Of a DNA stretch of 64,000 nucleotides, positions 26,699-36,947 are shown in pieces. The notes beneath the pieces are model-generated. The model worked only from the letters and a program-made list of their open reading frames with translations, ran no database searches and was not told the origin of the DNA. Positions within the stretch are counted from its first letter, which is position 1, and every line of letters starts with the position of its first letter. The stretch comes from Candidatus Woesearchaeota archaeon. Its GTDB lineage: Archaea > Nanobdellota > Nanobdellia > Woesearchaeales > ARS49. The position numbers were made by a program, and so were the translations under genes. Location of the stretch: the NCBI GenBank assembly GCA_016188265.1, contig JACPID010000007.1, positions 15,555 through 79,554 on the forward strand, in the 5' to 3' direction.

Positions 26699-26980
26699 TT
26701 GGTTGATCAAGATAAAAAAATTGTGAAAAAAGAAGAAAAACCAGTTGCAGGTGTTCATTTTAGTGATGCTGTTCCTGCTAGAGTTGAGGAAGTAATAGGC
26801 AGAACAGGCATGAGAGGCGAGGCAACTCAGATTAGGTGTAGGATTTTAGAAGGAAGAGATAAAGATAAGGTTTTGAGAAGAAATGTTAAAGGCCCAATTC
26901 AAAAAAATGATGTTTTAATGCTTAGAGAAACTGAAATTGAAGCTCGCCCATTAAATAAAACTGGAAGAGGAACAAGATAA
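26699..26980 (+). CDS. rps28e: Ribosomal protein S28e (N-terminally extended)
   Basis: [45 protein letters not shown] start, so the exact start is uncertain. Confidence 0.85.
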   Translation: MVDQDKKIVKKEEKPVAGVHFSDAVPARVEEVIGRTGMRGEATQIRCRILEGRDKDKVLRRNVKGPIQKNDVLMLRETEIEARPLNKTGRGTR

Positions 26981-27198
26981 TGCGTAATTGTTCTTATTGT
27001 GGAGAAGAAATTGAAAATGGAACCGGTATGATGTTTGTTAAAAAAGATGGACGTGTTTTGAATTTTTGCAGTTCTAAATGTGAAAAAAGCACTCTTAAGC
27101 TTAAAAGACAAGCAAAAAATTATGTGTGGACTTCTGAGGGGAGAAAAGAAAAACAACAACGCATTAAATTATTGAAACAACAAAAGAATAATGCTTGA
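26980..27198 (+). CDS. rpl24e: Ribosomal protein L24e
   Basis: [33 protein letters not shown] zinc-ribbon signature. Confidence 0.9.
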   Translation: MRNCSYCGEEIENGTGMMFVKKDGRVLNFCSSKCEKSTLKLKRQAKNYVWTSEGRKEKQQRIKLLKQQKNNA

Positions 27199-27550
27199 AC
27201 AAACAACAGATATAAATCTTAATTCATTAATTGCGTATAAACAATCTAGAGATTTAGAATTTGAAATATCTACCCTGCAGTCTTCTCACGGAAATGATGT
27301 TAAATTAACATTTGTTCTTTTGCCTTTAGTTAATATTACTTTAACAGGAAATATGATTTTACTTATGCACCATCAAGAATACAAAAAAGCCCTGTTTTCA
27401 ACAGCATTAATAACAGTATTTTTTGCATATAATGCTGTGAAATTATATTTTTATAAAGAACAATCTATGAAAATTTATGAAAAACAGGAAGAGTTAAAAA
27501 GTATTTGTAATTCCCAAGCTTACAAAAACATAGAGTTTTATTTGAAATAA
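27191..27550 (+). CDS. Hypothetical small membrane protein
   Basis: 119 aa with two hydrophobic helices. Fits exactly between L24e (8-nt overlap) and EF-2 (1-nt gap). Confidence 0.4.
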   Translation: MLEQTTDINLNSLIAYKQSRDLEFEISTLQSSHGNDVKLTFVLLPLVNITLTGNMILLMHHQEYKKALFSTALITVFFAYNAVKLYFYKEQSMKIYEKQEELKSICNSQAYKNIEFYLK

Positions 27551-27551
27551 A

Positions 27552-30500
27552 ATGGCAGTTGAAGAGACTCGAGTAGAACAAATGAAGCGTTTGGCTGGAA
27601 ACCCAAAAAATATTAGAAATATTGCTACAAGCGCACACATACATCATGGAAAATGTGTTGCACCAAACACTAGATTGTTTTTGAGTGATGGAAGATTATT
27701 GAGCGCTAAGGAATTATATGAACAATCTGAAACAATTGGCATCAAGGTGAGAGAAACTGAAGAAGAAACGGTTTATGATATATCTGATAAAAATGTGGAG
27801 GTATTCTCATTAAATAAAGTAAGTGGAAAGTTAGAAAAGAAACAAGTAAGTCATGCTTGGAAGCTTAAAGGAGGAAGTGTTATACATGTTGAACTTAGAA
27901 ATAAATCTGAAATAACCACAACTCCTGAACATAAATACCTTGTTCTAAATGAAATGGAATTTGTAGAAAAAGAAGCGCAAGAATTAAGACTTGGCGATAG
28001 ATTAGTTTGTGCTCGTAAAATAGATATTAATGAAAGGTTAGATATGTCTAATGAGATCTTATTAAGACTGTCAGTTACACCATGTTATGCAAAATTAAGC
28101 ATGAAATTTGGGCAACAATTAAAAGAAATGATTCTTAAAAGAGGACTAAAACAGATTCATGAAGAACTGTATTCTGAAGTTGAATACAAATCTTTCTATC
28201 ATGGAATCTGGCAAAATAGGTATACAATCAAAGATTTGATTTATTTAGCACAAATATTCAATTTTAGAAAAAGTGATATTTATGCTAATATAGCTACAAT
28301 TTCGTTTAGAAGAAATACAAAGAGCACTAAAGAAATCAAGTTACCAACTAATTTTGAAAATTTATTTTATTTGGCAGGACTATTTTTTGGTGATGGTAGC
28401 CATAAAAAGTTTATTGTTGGTAAAGAGGAGCTTAAAGATAAATTTATATCTATATGCAAAGAAATAGGAATTAAAGCAAAATATGTAATTAATAAGAACA
28501 GAACTCCTGAAATATTAACGAATAACTCATTGTTGTATTTACTACATACATTATTTGATTATCCACTAAAACAAAAAAGTCATAATATCAAGATTAACAA
28601 TTTTATTTTCTCTGCGAAAAAAGAATACGTTGCTAAATTCATTCAAGGATATTTTGACTGCGATGGAACTGTTGAAAATGCACGAAGAGCTATTTCAGTT
28701 ACTTCTGTAAGTAAACAAATGTTAAAAGATTTACAATTATTGTTATTGAGATTTAGTTGCTTGAGTATAATTAATGATAATACTTTGTATATCACCGGAG
28801 TATCAGCAAGAAAGTATTCGGAAAAAATAAATTTTAAGGTTGAAAGTAAAAGAATAAAAACTAGTGAACTTATTAAAAAAACTCAAGGAAGTATAGTAAC
28901 TGATACTATTCCTTTATCAAATGATAAACTAGTTAGTGTTAGAAAAGTTTCTTCTGCTTCAATTGATCATCATTACTACAAATATGAAAAAGGGATTTTA
29001 ACGCCAACTCTTGATACTGTTTTAGAACTGAAGCAAAAATTTGCCGAACGACAATTACAAACTCATTGGTTTGATAGACTTATAACTGGAGATTTATCAT
29101 TTATAGAAATAGTTTCTTTAGAACAAAGATATGAACCTATTGTTTATGATTTCTCAGTTCCAGATTACAAAAACTTCATTGCAGAAGGAATTGTTATTCA
29201 TAATACAGCATTAACAGACAATCTTATTGCAGCTGCAGGATTGATGTCTGCAAAAGCTGCTGGAAGTCTTGAAGCTGGAATGGAAACTTGGCAGCATAAA
29301 GATGAACAAGAACGCTTAATGACTGTTGATGCGGCGAATGTATCAATGGCTCATAAATTTGAAGGAGAAGAATTTTTAATTAATCTCATTGATACTCCCG
29401 GACATATTGATTTTGGCGGCAATGTCACTCGTGCAATGCGTGCTATTGATGGAACTGTAGTGCTCGTGTGTGGTTCTGAAGGCATTATGCCTCAGACAGA
29501 AACAGTTCTAAAACAAGCATTGAGAGAAAGGGTTAAACCAGTTCTTTTTATTAATAAAGTTGATCGCTTAATGAATGAATTACAATTAAATCCTGAAGCT
29601 ATACAAAAAAGATTTACTGAAATAATTATTCATTTTAACAGGCTTATTGAACAAATTGCTGAAAAAGATTATAAAGAAAAATGGAAGGTTAATTTTGCTG
29701 ATGGAAGTGTTGCATTTGGTTCTGCACGTGATAACTGGGCTTTATCACTTCCATACATGCAGAAGAAAGGTGTTACTTTTAAGGATGTTCAACAAATTTA
29801 TGAATTACAAGGCGAAGAAAGACACCAGTATGTTTGGGAAAAAATGCCAGTTCATGAAGTTATTTTAGATATGGTAATCAAGCATTTACCAAATCCAATT
29901 GAAGCACAAAAATATCGTATTCCTAAAATTTGGCGCGGAGAAATTGAGTCTGAAATGGGTAAAAGCTTGATTTCTTGTGATCCTAATGGAAAACTTGCAT
30001 TTGTTATTACGAGAATAACTATCGACCCAAAATCTGGCAGAGAATTATGCGCCGGAAGATTATATGGCGGAACTATGAGAGAAGGAATGCAAGTGTATTT
30101 GAATAATGCAAAGATGGAGCAAAGAGTTGGCCAAGTTTTGATGTATCAAGGCATCAAACCTGAAATTATTAATGATATTCCTGCAGGAAATGTACTTGCT
30201 ATTGCAGGCATTATTGGCAACGCTGGAGAAACAGTTACAGACACTCCTGACCAACCATTTGAAGAAATGAAGCATATTTTCGAGCCAGTAATTACTAAAT
30301 CAATATCACCTACAAAACCACAAGACATATCTAAGATGGTTGAGGTTTTAAAAAAAGTTGCTAAAGAAGATCCTTCTGTTAAAATAGAGATTAATCAAGA
30401 GACTGGAGAAAATCTCATTCATGGTATGGGCGAGCTTCATTTAGAAATTATTGAAGGCCGTATCAAAGAAGAAAAAAAGCTTGAAATCAAAACTGGCCCG

Positions 30501-31301
30501 CCGATTGTTGTATATAGAGAAACAGTTAATAAAAGAAGCATTGAAGTTGAAGGAAAGTCTCCTAACAAGCACAATAAGTTATACTTTATTGTTGAACCAT
30601 TGGAACTGCATATAAGAGAATTAATTAAAAATGGAGAATTGCCTGAAGGCCGTGTAAAAAAAAAAGATTTTAAAATGAGGGATACCCTTGTTGATGCTGG
30701 TTGGAATAATGATACTGCTTTGTCTGTTAAAGATATTTACAAAGGAAACATATTTCTTGATGCAACCAGAGGAAATGTACAATTAAGTGAATGTCTTCAA
30801 TTAGTTATTGATGGTTTTGAGCAGGTTATAGATGCAGGACCATTAGCAAGAGAACCTTCTTTTGGAGTGAAAATAATTTTAGCTGATGCAAAACTTCATG
30901 AAGATGCTATTCATAGAGGTCCTGCTCAAATGTATCCTGCTGTTCGTGATGGCATTAAACTTGCATTTATGAATTCAAATCCAGTTATATTTGAACCTGT
31001 TCAGACATACTTAATTGAAGCTCCTATTGAATTTACAGGAGAGATAACAAAATTAGTTATGAATAAAAGAGGCTCAGTTCTTGAACTTAATCAAGAAGGC
31101 GCACAATGCGCTGTTAAAGCAAAAATTCCTGTTGCAGAAATGATTGGCTGGAGTAGCGCTCTTCGTTCAGCTACTTCTGGAAGAGGACAATCTTCACTAA
31201 TGGATCAAACTTTTGAAAAAGTGCCCCAAGAATTACAAAATCAGATTATACAACAAATTATTAAAAGAAAAGGGCTTAGTGAAGGACAAGTTGGAGCTTA
31301 G
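27552..31301 (+). CDS. fusA: Translation elongation factor 2 (aEF-2) interrupted by an intein
   Basis: Extein AHIHHGK|TALTDNLI, DTPGHIDF, NKVDR, and a C-terminal region with HRGPAQ (diphthamide loop). 1249 aa = 732-aa extein plus 517-aa intein. Confidence 0.95.
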   Translation: MAVEETRVEQMKRLAGNPKNIRNIATSAHIHHGKCVAPNTRLFLSDGRLLSAKELYEQSETIGIKVRETEEETVYDISDKNVEVFSLNKVSGKLEKKQVSHAWKLKGGSVIHVELRNKSEITTTPEHKYLVLNEMEFVEKEAQELRLGDRLVCARKIDINERLDMSNEILLRLSVTPCYAKLSMKFGQQLKEMILKRGLKQIHEELYSEVEYKSFYHGIWQNRYTIKDLIYLAQIFNFRKSDIYANIATISFRRNTKSTKEIKLPTNFENLFYLAGLFFGDGSHKKFIVGKEELKDKFISICKEIGIKAKYVINKNRTPEILTNNSLLYLLHTLFDYPLKQKSHNIKINNFIFSAKKEYVAKFIQGYFDCDGTVENARRAISVTSVSKQMLKDLQLLLLRFSCLSIINDNTLYITGVSARKYSEKINFKVESKRIKTSELIKKTQGSIVTDTIPLSNDKLVSVRKVSSASIDHHYYKYEKGILTPTLDTVLELKQKFAERQLQTHWFDRLITGDLSFIEIVSLEQRYEPIVYDFSVPDYKNFIAEGIVIHNTALTDNLIAAAGLMSAKAAGSLEAGMETWQHKDEQERLMTVDAANVSMAHKFEGEEFLINLIDTPGHIDFGGNVTRAMRAIDGTVVLVCGSEGIMPQTETVLKQALRERVKPVLFINKVDRLMNELQLNPEAIQKRFTEIIIHFNRLIEQIAEKDYKEKWKVNFADGSVAFGSARDNWALSLPYMQKKGVTFKDVQQIYELQGEERHQYVWEKMPVHEVILDMVIKHLPNPIEAQKYRIPKIWRGEIESEMGKSLISCDPNGKLAFVITRITIDPKSGRELCAGRLYGGTMREGMQVYLNNAKMEQRVGQVLMYQGIKPEIINDIPAGNVLAIAGIIGNAGETVTDTPDQPFEEMKHIFEPVITKSISPTKPQDISKMVEVLKKVAKEDPSVKIEINQETGENLIHGMGELHLEIIEGRIKEEKKLEIKTGPPIVVYRETVNKRSIEVEGKSPNKHNKLYFIVEPLELHIRELIKNGELPEGRVKKKDFKMRDTLVDAGWNNDTALSVKDIYKGNIFLDATRGNVQLSECLQLVIDGFEQVIDAGPLAREPSFGVKIILADAKLHEDAIHRGPAQMYPAVRDGIKLAFMNSNPVIFEPVQTYLIEAPIEFTGEITKLVMNKRGSVLELNQEGAQCAVKAKIPVAEMIGWSSALRSATSGRGQSSLMDQTFEKVPQELQNQIIQQIIKRKGLSEGQVGA
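27654..29204 (+). mobile_element. Intein with LAGLIDADG homing endonuclease domain, inserted in the EF-2 P-loop (GK/T)
   Basis: Starts with Cys (CVAPNTRLFLSDG), block B TTPEHKYLV, LAGLIDADG motifs FYLAGLFFGDGS and IQGYFDCDGT. Ends IVIHN followed by +1 Thr. Confidence 0.9.
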
Positions 31302-31359
31302 GTTTTATACGATGTTTTTATAAACTCTAATAACTATTTGTATGTGAAAGGGGTGTAAT

Positions 31360-32376
31360 GTGATTAAAAAAAAGAAGAATAAAACTAATTTGAGTTTTTT
31401 AAATAATTTTTATGAGAATCACAAAGAAAAGCCTTCTAAAATTCTGAAATTTTTCGCAGTTCTTGGAAAAATAACAAGTGCACTTGTCAGCTTGTTTTTT
31501 TTTATTTTATTTTTAAGTTTTTTTACTAGTTTTTTTGTTTTACCAATAGATTTTCAAATTCCTTCAGGCAATATTGCTATTCTTCAACTTTCAGGCCAAA
31601 TAACATCTGATGTATCTTCTGAACTTTTGTTAACTTCAACAGTTATAACTCCTGAAAAAGTGAGAAGTATTTTTGAAAAGCTTGAAAAAAAAGATAAGAT
31701 TAAAGCAGTTATTATTGAACTAAATTCTCCGGGAGGAACTCCTGTTGCTTCTGCAATGATAGGTGATATTTTTACTGATTTTAAAAAACCAGTAATTGTG
31801 GTTATTAAAGATTTAGGAGCAAGTGGAGCGTACTGGATTGCAACAGCTGCTGACAAAATTTATGCACACCCTCTATCTCTTGTTGGAAGTATAGGAGTTA
31901 CTGCATCTCATCTTGGTTTTGAAGAATTGATTCGTAATTATAATATTACTTATAGAAGGCTTATTTCAACAAAGTATAAAGATACTGGAAGCCCTTTTAA
32001 AGTGTTCACAGAGGATGATAAAGATTTATTTGATAACATATTAAAACAAACACACGATGCTTTTGTTGAAACTGTTGCAAGGAATAGAAATTTATCTATT
32101 GAAAAAACAAGAGATCTTGCAAATGGATTTGTGTATACTGGAACTGAAGCAAAAGAATTTGGCTTAATTGATGAGTTAGGCACGCGAAAAGATGCAGTTG
32201 AGTATTTAGAAAAAGAATTAAACATAACTGCTGAATTAGCTGAAATAAAACCGCGCACAGGATTGTTTAGTGGATTAGGGCAAGGACTTTACAAAGGAAT
32301 GTATTATGCTGGCAAAGGATTTGGAAGTGTTCTTTTAGAAACTGCAAATACTCAAAAAATAGAAGTTAGGACTTAA
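31360..32376 (+). CDS. sppA: Signal peptide peptidase SppA (36K type)
   Basis: N-terminal TM helix, LNSPGGT, GASGAYWIATAADKIYA (Ser nucleophile region). GTG start. Confidence 0.8.
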   Translation: MIKKKKNKTNLSFLNNFYENHKEKPSKILKFFAVLGKITSALVSLFFFILFLSFFTSFFVLPIDFQIPSGNIAILQLSGQITSDVSSELLLTSTVITPEKVRSIFEKLEKKDKIKAVIIELNSPGGTPVASAMIGDIFTDFKKPVIVVIKDLGASGAYWIATAADKIYAHPLSLVGSIGVTASHLGFEELIRNYNITYRRLISTKYKDTGSPFKVFTEDDKDLFDNILKQTHDAFVETVARNRNLSIEKTRDLANGFVYTGTEAKEFGLIDELGTRKDAVEYLEKELNITAELAEIKPRTGLFSGLGQGLYKGMYYAGKGFGSVLLETANTQKIEVRT

Positions 32377-32394
32377 TTATAAATAAATACACTT

Positions 32395-33063
32395 TTATCC
32401 AGCGCCTTCAAATTTTAACAAATCATCTATTTCTATAATATTTGGTTTTTCATCACCAATTCTATTGCATGCTGTATTTACCCAAATATCAATATAGTTG
32501 AAATCCTCCAAGTCCTGCAAGTGGAGCGTATCAAACGCAAACAAATAATATTTTTTGTCAGTTCTTTTTTTTAATTCAAGCGCTTTTCTCATTTTTAAGT
32601 CTTCAGAATATTTTCCTATTTTGTTATCATTTTGGCCTATTTTTGTAGTTATTAGTACTCCCACTGTTTTTGCATTTAAAAAATTATTATAAGACACTGT
32701 CTTCTTTTTTTTAAAATTTTCAATAATATTAGCATCAAGTTTGTTTAATTTTTTTTCTCTAGGATCCCATAACCAAACATCTTTGTTTGTTTTTAATGCT
32801 GCTTGTATAGGATGAAACACTCCTGTTCCAACAAATAAAAATGCATCAACCTTATCTTTTATTTTCTCAGCTGCATCTGCTCTACAGCCAAGAATTTGGC
32901 CACCTAAAATACTGTTAGGAATTTGTTTTTCTAATTCGCGAAGTTTATGCAAGTGCTGAATATTTGTTATTAATCCATAACTTTGTTTAGGCAATCTTTT
33001 CAAAGCTTCCTCTGTTAGTTTAACATCCAATAATGACTTTGCATGAATAAAGATGGTTTTCAT
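32395..33063 (-). CDS. dph2: Dph2-like 2-(3-amino-3-carboxypropyl)histidine synthase lacking the N-terminal domain
   Basis: GQILGCRADAA, FLFVGTGVFHP and WVNTACNRI align with domains 2-3 of archaeal Dph2. 222 aa versus about 340, with only two Cys. Confidence 0.65.
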   Translation of the reverse strand: MKTIFIHAKSLLDVKLTEEALKRLPKQSYGLITNIQHLHKLRELEKQIPNSILGGQILGCRADAAEKIKDKVDAFLFVGTGVFHPIQAALKTNKDVWLWDPREKKLNKLDANIIENFKKKKTVSYNNFLNAKTVGVLITTKIGQNDNKIGKYSEDLKMRKALELKKRTDKKYYLFAFDTLHLQDLEDFNYIDIWVNTACNRIGDEKPNIIEIDDLLKFEGAG

Positions 33064-33064
33064 T

Positions 33065-33355
33065 TTAATTTATTCCTAGTATTGTTTTTACTTCTTCACT
33101 TGGCTCCCAGAGGGGATTAAATACTACTTCTATATCAACTATTTTAAATCCTATTGCTTCAAGTTTATTTTTCAATTCTGTTACAATCATAGGGCCGTAA
33201 GGACACATTGGTGAAGTAAATGTCATTTTTATTGAAATTGTTTCTGAATCTTTTATTTCTTTTTCATAAATCAGCCCTAAAGTCCATATATCTAATTGTA
33301 ATTCAGGATCAGCTACTGTTTTCATTGCTACAATTGCTTCTTGTTCAGTTGGCAT
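33065..33355 (-). CDS. DUF59/MIP18-family Fe-S assembly protein (SufT-like)
   Basis: VADPELQLDIWTLGLIY...TFTSPMCPYGPMI. Confidence 0.8.
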   Translation of the reverse strand: MPTEQEAIVAMKTVADPELQLDIWTLGLIYEKEIKDSETISIKMTFTSPMCPYGPMIVTELKNKLEAIGFKIVDIEVVFNPLWEPSEEVKTILGIN

Positions 33356-34094
33356 TGTTAACCTCTAAATTCTCATAACCTGCTTCTTCTATATTTTTTG
33401 CAAGTTCTTTATCTCCTTGTTTTACTATTTTTCCTTTTGATAAAATATAAACTACATCAGGGGTCAAATATTCTAAAATTCTATAATAATGAGTTATTAC
33501 CAGTATTCCTGTTTCCAGTGTTCTTGCTTTTTTTATTCCTTCTGCAACAATACGCAATGCATCTACATCTAAGCCTGAATCTGTTTCATCTAATATTGCG
33601 AATTTTGGCTCTAGAATCATCATTTGCAATATTTCTGTTCTTTTCTTTTCTCCTCCTGAAAATCCAGCGTTCAAATATCTTTTAGCAAAAGATGAATCCA
33701 TACCTAACATTTTCATTTTTTCTTTCAATAAATTATGAAATTCCAAAACAGGCATTTGTTTAGAACTTATTGAATTTAGCGCTGTTCTTAAAAAGTTAGA
33801 TAATGTAACTCCTAAGATTTCTGAAGGATACTGAAATGATAAAAACAATCCTTTTTTTGCACGCTCATTTGGGAGCATATTTGTTATATCTTCACCATTC
33901 AAAATTATTTTACCTTTCTCAATTTTGTATTTTGGGCTGCCCATTAAAACATTTGCAAGCGTACTTTTTCCAGCTCCGTTGGGGCCCATTAATGCATAAA
34001 TTTTTCCACTTTCTAATTTAAGTGAAACTCCAGTGATTATTTCTTTGCCTTGAGAACTTACATTTAAATCTTTAATTTCAAGAACATTACTCAT
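33345..34094 (-). CDS. sufC: Fe-S cluster assembly ATPase SufC
   Basis: GPNGAGKST Walker A, FSGGEKKR signature, ILDETDSGLD Walker B. Confidence 0.9.
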   Translation of the reverse strand: MSNVLEIKDLNVSSQGKEIITGVSLKLESGKIYALMGPNGAGKSTLANVLMGSPKYKIEKGKIILNGEDITNMLPNERAKKGLFLSFQYPSEILGVTLSNFLRTALNSISSKQMPVLEFHNLLKEKMKMLGMDSSFAKRYLNAGFSGGEKKRTEILQMMILEPKFAILDETDSGLDVDALRIVAEGIKKARTLETGILVITHYYRILEYLTPDVVYILSKGKIVKQGDKELAKNIEEAGYENLEVNNAN

Positions 34095-34515
34095 CGCTGA
34101 ATTCCTCCAAACTTTTGTGAAGCGCCTTCAATCCCAGCAATGCACATTTAATCCTGACTATTCCTATGGGTATTCCTAGCATTGTTAAAACATCTTCATC
34201 TTTTATTTTTTTAAGCTCTTGAATATTTTTATTTTTTATTGAATCTGTAAGCATAGATATTGCTGCTTGGCTAATTGCACAACCATTTCCTTTAAATTTT
34301 ACATCTTTAACTTTATTTGATTGATCAAGTTCTAGAAATATTTCTATTTGATCACCGCACAAAGGATTAAATTCTTTATATCTGAAGGTTGCTGTATCAA
34401 TAGAACCAAAATTATGTGGATTTTTATAATGGTCTAGGATATTTTCTTTGTAAATTTGTTCTTCTTCTGTTAATTCTCCTTCCCCCACTTGATTTGGATT
34501 TATATCTAAAATCAT
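34087..34515 (-). CDS. sufU: SufU/IscU-like sulfur-transfer scaffold
   Basis: LDHYKNPHNFG, NPLCGDQI, GNGCAIS. Confidence 0.8.
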   Translation of the reverse strand: MILDINPNQVGEGELTEEEQIYKENILDHYKNPHNFGSIDTATFRYKEFNPLCGDQIEIFLELDQSNKVKDVKFKGNGCAISQAAISMLTDSIKNKNIQELKKIKDEDVLTMLGIPIGIVRIKCALLGLKALHKSLEEFSDE

Positions 34516-35750
34516 AATTTGAACACCTTTTTTGCTTTTTTAATTCCTTCAATTAATGCATCAACATCTTCAAAGGTGTTATAAAAATAAAAGCTAGCTC
34601 TTGCACTTGCAGTTATTCCTAATAAATTCATCAGAGGCATTGCGCAGTGATGTCCTCCTCTAACTGCAATTCCTTCTCTATCAAGAATAGTTGCTAAATC
34701 ATGTGCATGAATTCCTTTGACATTAAATGAAATAGTTGCAATTCTTTTCTCAGGATCTTTAGGCCCATATATGACTAAATCTTCTATTGTTTGCAATCTT
34801 TTAAGCGCATATGCAGTTATTTCTTTTTCATAATCTTCAATTTCTTTCATACCTATTTGTTTTAAGTAATCAATTGCTATCCCTAATCCAATACCACCTA
34901 CAATGTTAGGTGTTCCTGCTTCAAATTTCCAAGGCAGGCAATTCCATGAAGAGTTTTGAAAACTTACTTCCCTTATCATATCCCCACCATATAAAAACGG
35001 GCTCATTTTTTCAAGCAGATCTTTTTTGCCATACAAAACACCAATCCCTGTTGGGCCTATCATTTTATGCCCTGAAAATGCAAGAAAATCACAATTTATT
35101 TCTTTAACGTTTATAGCCATATTTGGAACACTTTGAGCCCCATCAACAATAAACAAAGCATTGTGATTGTGAGCTATTTGCCCAATTTCTTTAACAGGAT
35201 TTATTGTTCCAAGTACATTTGAAACATGTGCAACTGAAACAATTTTTGTTTTGTCAGTTATAATTTTTTTTGCAGCATCAAGATCCAGCTCACCTTCTGA
35301 AGTTATTGGAATATATTTAATCTGAGCGCTTTGTCTTTTTGCAATTTCCTGCCAAGGAACAATATTGCTGTGATGCTCCATTTGTGTTAGAACAATTTCA
35401 TCGCCAGGCTTGAGATTTTGTCCTAAAGAGTAGGCTAATAAATTAATTGATTCTGTTGTTCCCCTGGTAAAAATTATTTCTTCAAATGATGCTCCTATAA
35501 ACACCGCAACTTTTCTATGAGCTAATTCATATTGGTGTGTTGATTTTTCACTAAGTTCATAAATCCCCCTATGAACATTTGCATTATATTCTTGATAATA
35601 ATTATTTATAGCTTCTATAACTTGAATAGGTTTTTGTGAAGTTGAAGCATTATCTAAATAAACAAGCCTATGTCCATGTACTTTTTGGTTTAAAATAACA
35701 AAATCTTTTCTGATTTTTTCCAGGTTTAGCGATAATTTGTTATTTAGCAT
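34512..35750 (-). CDS. sufS: Cysteine desulfurase SufS (class II)
   Basis: FSGHKMIGPTGIGVLYG (PLP Lys), RGGHHCAMPL (active-site Cys). Confidence 0.9.
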   Translation of the reverse strand: MLNNKLSLNLEKIRKDFVILNQKVHGHRLVYLDNASTSQKPIQVIEAINNYYQEYNANVHRGIYELSEKSTHQYELAHRKVAVFIGASFEEIIFTRGTTESINLLAYSLGQNLKPGDEIVLTQMEHHSNIVPWQEIAKRQSAQIKYIPITSEGELDLDAAKKIITDKTKIVSVAHVSNVLGTINPVKEIGQIAHNHNALFIVDGAQSVPNMAINVKEINCDFLAFSGHKMIGPTGIGVLYGKKDLLEKMSPFLYGGDMIREVSFQNSSWNCLPWKFEAGTPNIVGGIGLGIAIDYLKQIGMKEIEDYEKEITAYALKRLQTIEDLVIYGPKDPEKRIATISFNVKGIHAHDLATILDREGIAVRGGHHCAMPLMNLLGITASARASFYFYNTFEDVDALIEGIKKAKKVFKL

Positions 35751-36928
35751 TACATCATCACCAATTGTTTTGAAATAAATCCTCTCAGAAGATTTTCAAG
35801 AACTTTGTTATTAATTTCTTTAATTAAATGTTCAAAAAATCCTTGAACTATTTCTTTTTTTGCATCAAGCTCATTAAGCCCTCTAGACATCATATAAAAT
35901 ATTTGATCTTCATTGACATGGCTAACAGCAGCTGCATGGCTACATTTTACATTATCATTGTGAATTTCTAAAATAGGTATTGGATCAATCTCTGCATTCT
36001 CGTTTAATAATATAGCATCTGCTTTTTGGAATCCTTTGCTAGAATGCGCTTCTGGCAAAATTTTAATTAATCCGCGATAAATTGTTTTTGCATTACCTTG
36101 CAAAACTCCTTTTGTTAGCATATCACAGGTTGTATTTGGCGCTGAATGTATTGTCTTAATGTTTAAATCAAAAACTTGTTTTGTATCACCTAAAAAAATC
36201 CCCCTATTCTTTGTTGACGCTCCTTCTCCTTCTAGAAAACTAGTTATTGTAGATTTGGTGAATTTACTTCCTAGACAACAATCAAACCAGTAAACATTTG
36301 CATTGTTGGAAACTTTTGTTTTTTTTATAGAATAATTATTCGTAGCCTTATCAAAGTTTTGTATAGAAATATAAGATATATTCGCAGATTCTTTTGCAAT
36401 TATTTCTACAATTTGGCTTCTTAATGCAGATTTTTTTGAAGATGAGTTTTCAATAATTGTTGCTTTGCTATTTTCATCAGCAATAATAAGAAAATGCTCT
36501 ACACGCGCCTTTGTTTTTTGATCTAAATTAATAATTATCGGCGAAGTCAAAATAGTTCCTTTAGGAATTTGTATGAGCATTCCTGAATTAAAAAATGCAC
36601 AATTAAAAACACAAAGTTTATCTTTCTCATCTCTCAAAGTTATGAATAAATTTTCTTTTATAAGTAATTCATTTGTTTGAAGCGCTTCTGAAAAAGGAAG
36701 AATATTAACATTTTTTTCAGCAATTATTCCTGGTAATTGCTGTTCTTCTAACAAATCCTGCTCAGTTAGAATTGGAAAATCTTGACTTAAACTTATGTTT
36801 ATTCCATATTTTTGTGGAAACAATAAGTTTTCAAATTCATTAAATGCTTGTTTTCTTTTTTCAAACAACCAAACAGGTTCGTTTAAATTTTTTGATATTT
36901 TTTCCAGAATACTTATTTCTAAGCCCAT
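35750..36928 (-). CDS. sufD: Fe-S cluster assembly protein SufD
   Basis: 392 aa beta-helix type. C-terminal region CSHAAAVSHVNEDQIFYMMSRGL parallels SufB. Confidence 0.8.
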   Translation of the reverse strand: MGLEISILEKISKNLNEPVWLFEKRKQAFNEFENLLFPQKYGINISLSQDFPILTEQDLLEEQQLPGIIAEKNVNILPFSEALQTNELLIKENLFITLRDEKDKLCVFNCAFFNSGMLIQIPKGTILTSPIIINLDQKTKARVEHFLIIADENSKATIIENSSSKKSALRSQIVEIIAKESANISYISIQNFDKATNNYSIKKTKVSNNANVYWFDCCLGSKFTKSTITSFLEGEGASTKNRGIFLGDTKQVFDLNIKTIHSAPNTTCDMLTKGVLQGNAKTIYRGLIKILPEAHSSKGFQKADAILLNENAEIDPIPILEIHNDNVKCSHAAAVSHVNEDQIFYMMSRGLNELDAKKEIVQGFFEHLIKEINNKVLENLLRGFISKQLVMM

Positions 36929-36947
36929 TAAACCCCCCGATAAATTT

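Noticed and set aside
32395-33063. Short Dph2 as a frameshifted pseudogene
   Set aside because: The ORF is intact from an ATG to a stop. The upstream DNA is fully used by the DUF59 gene in another frame, and no remnant of domain 1 is visible. It is kept as an intact short form.
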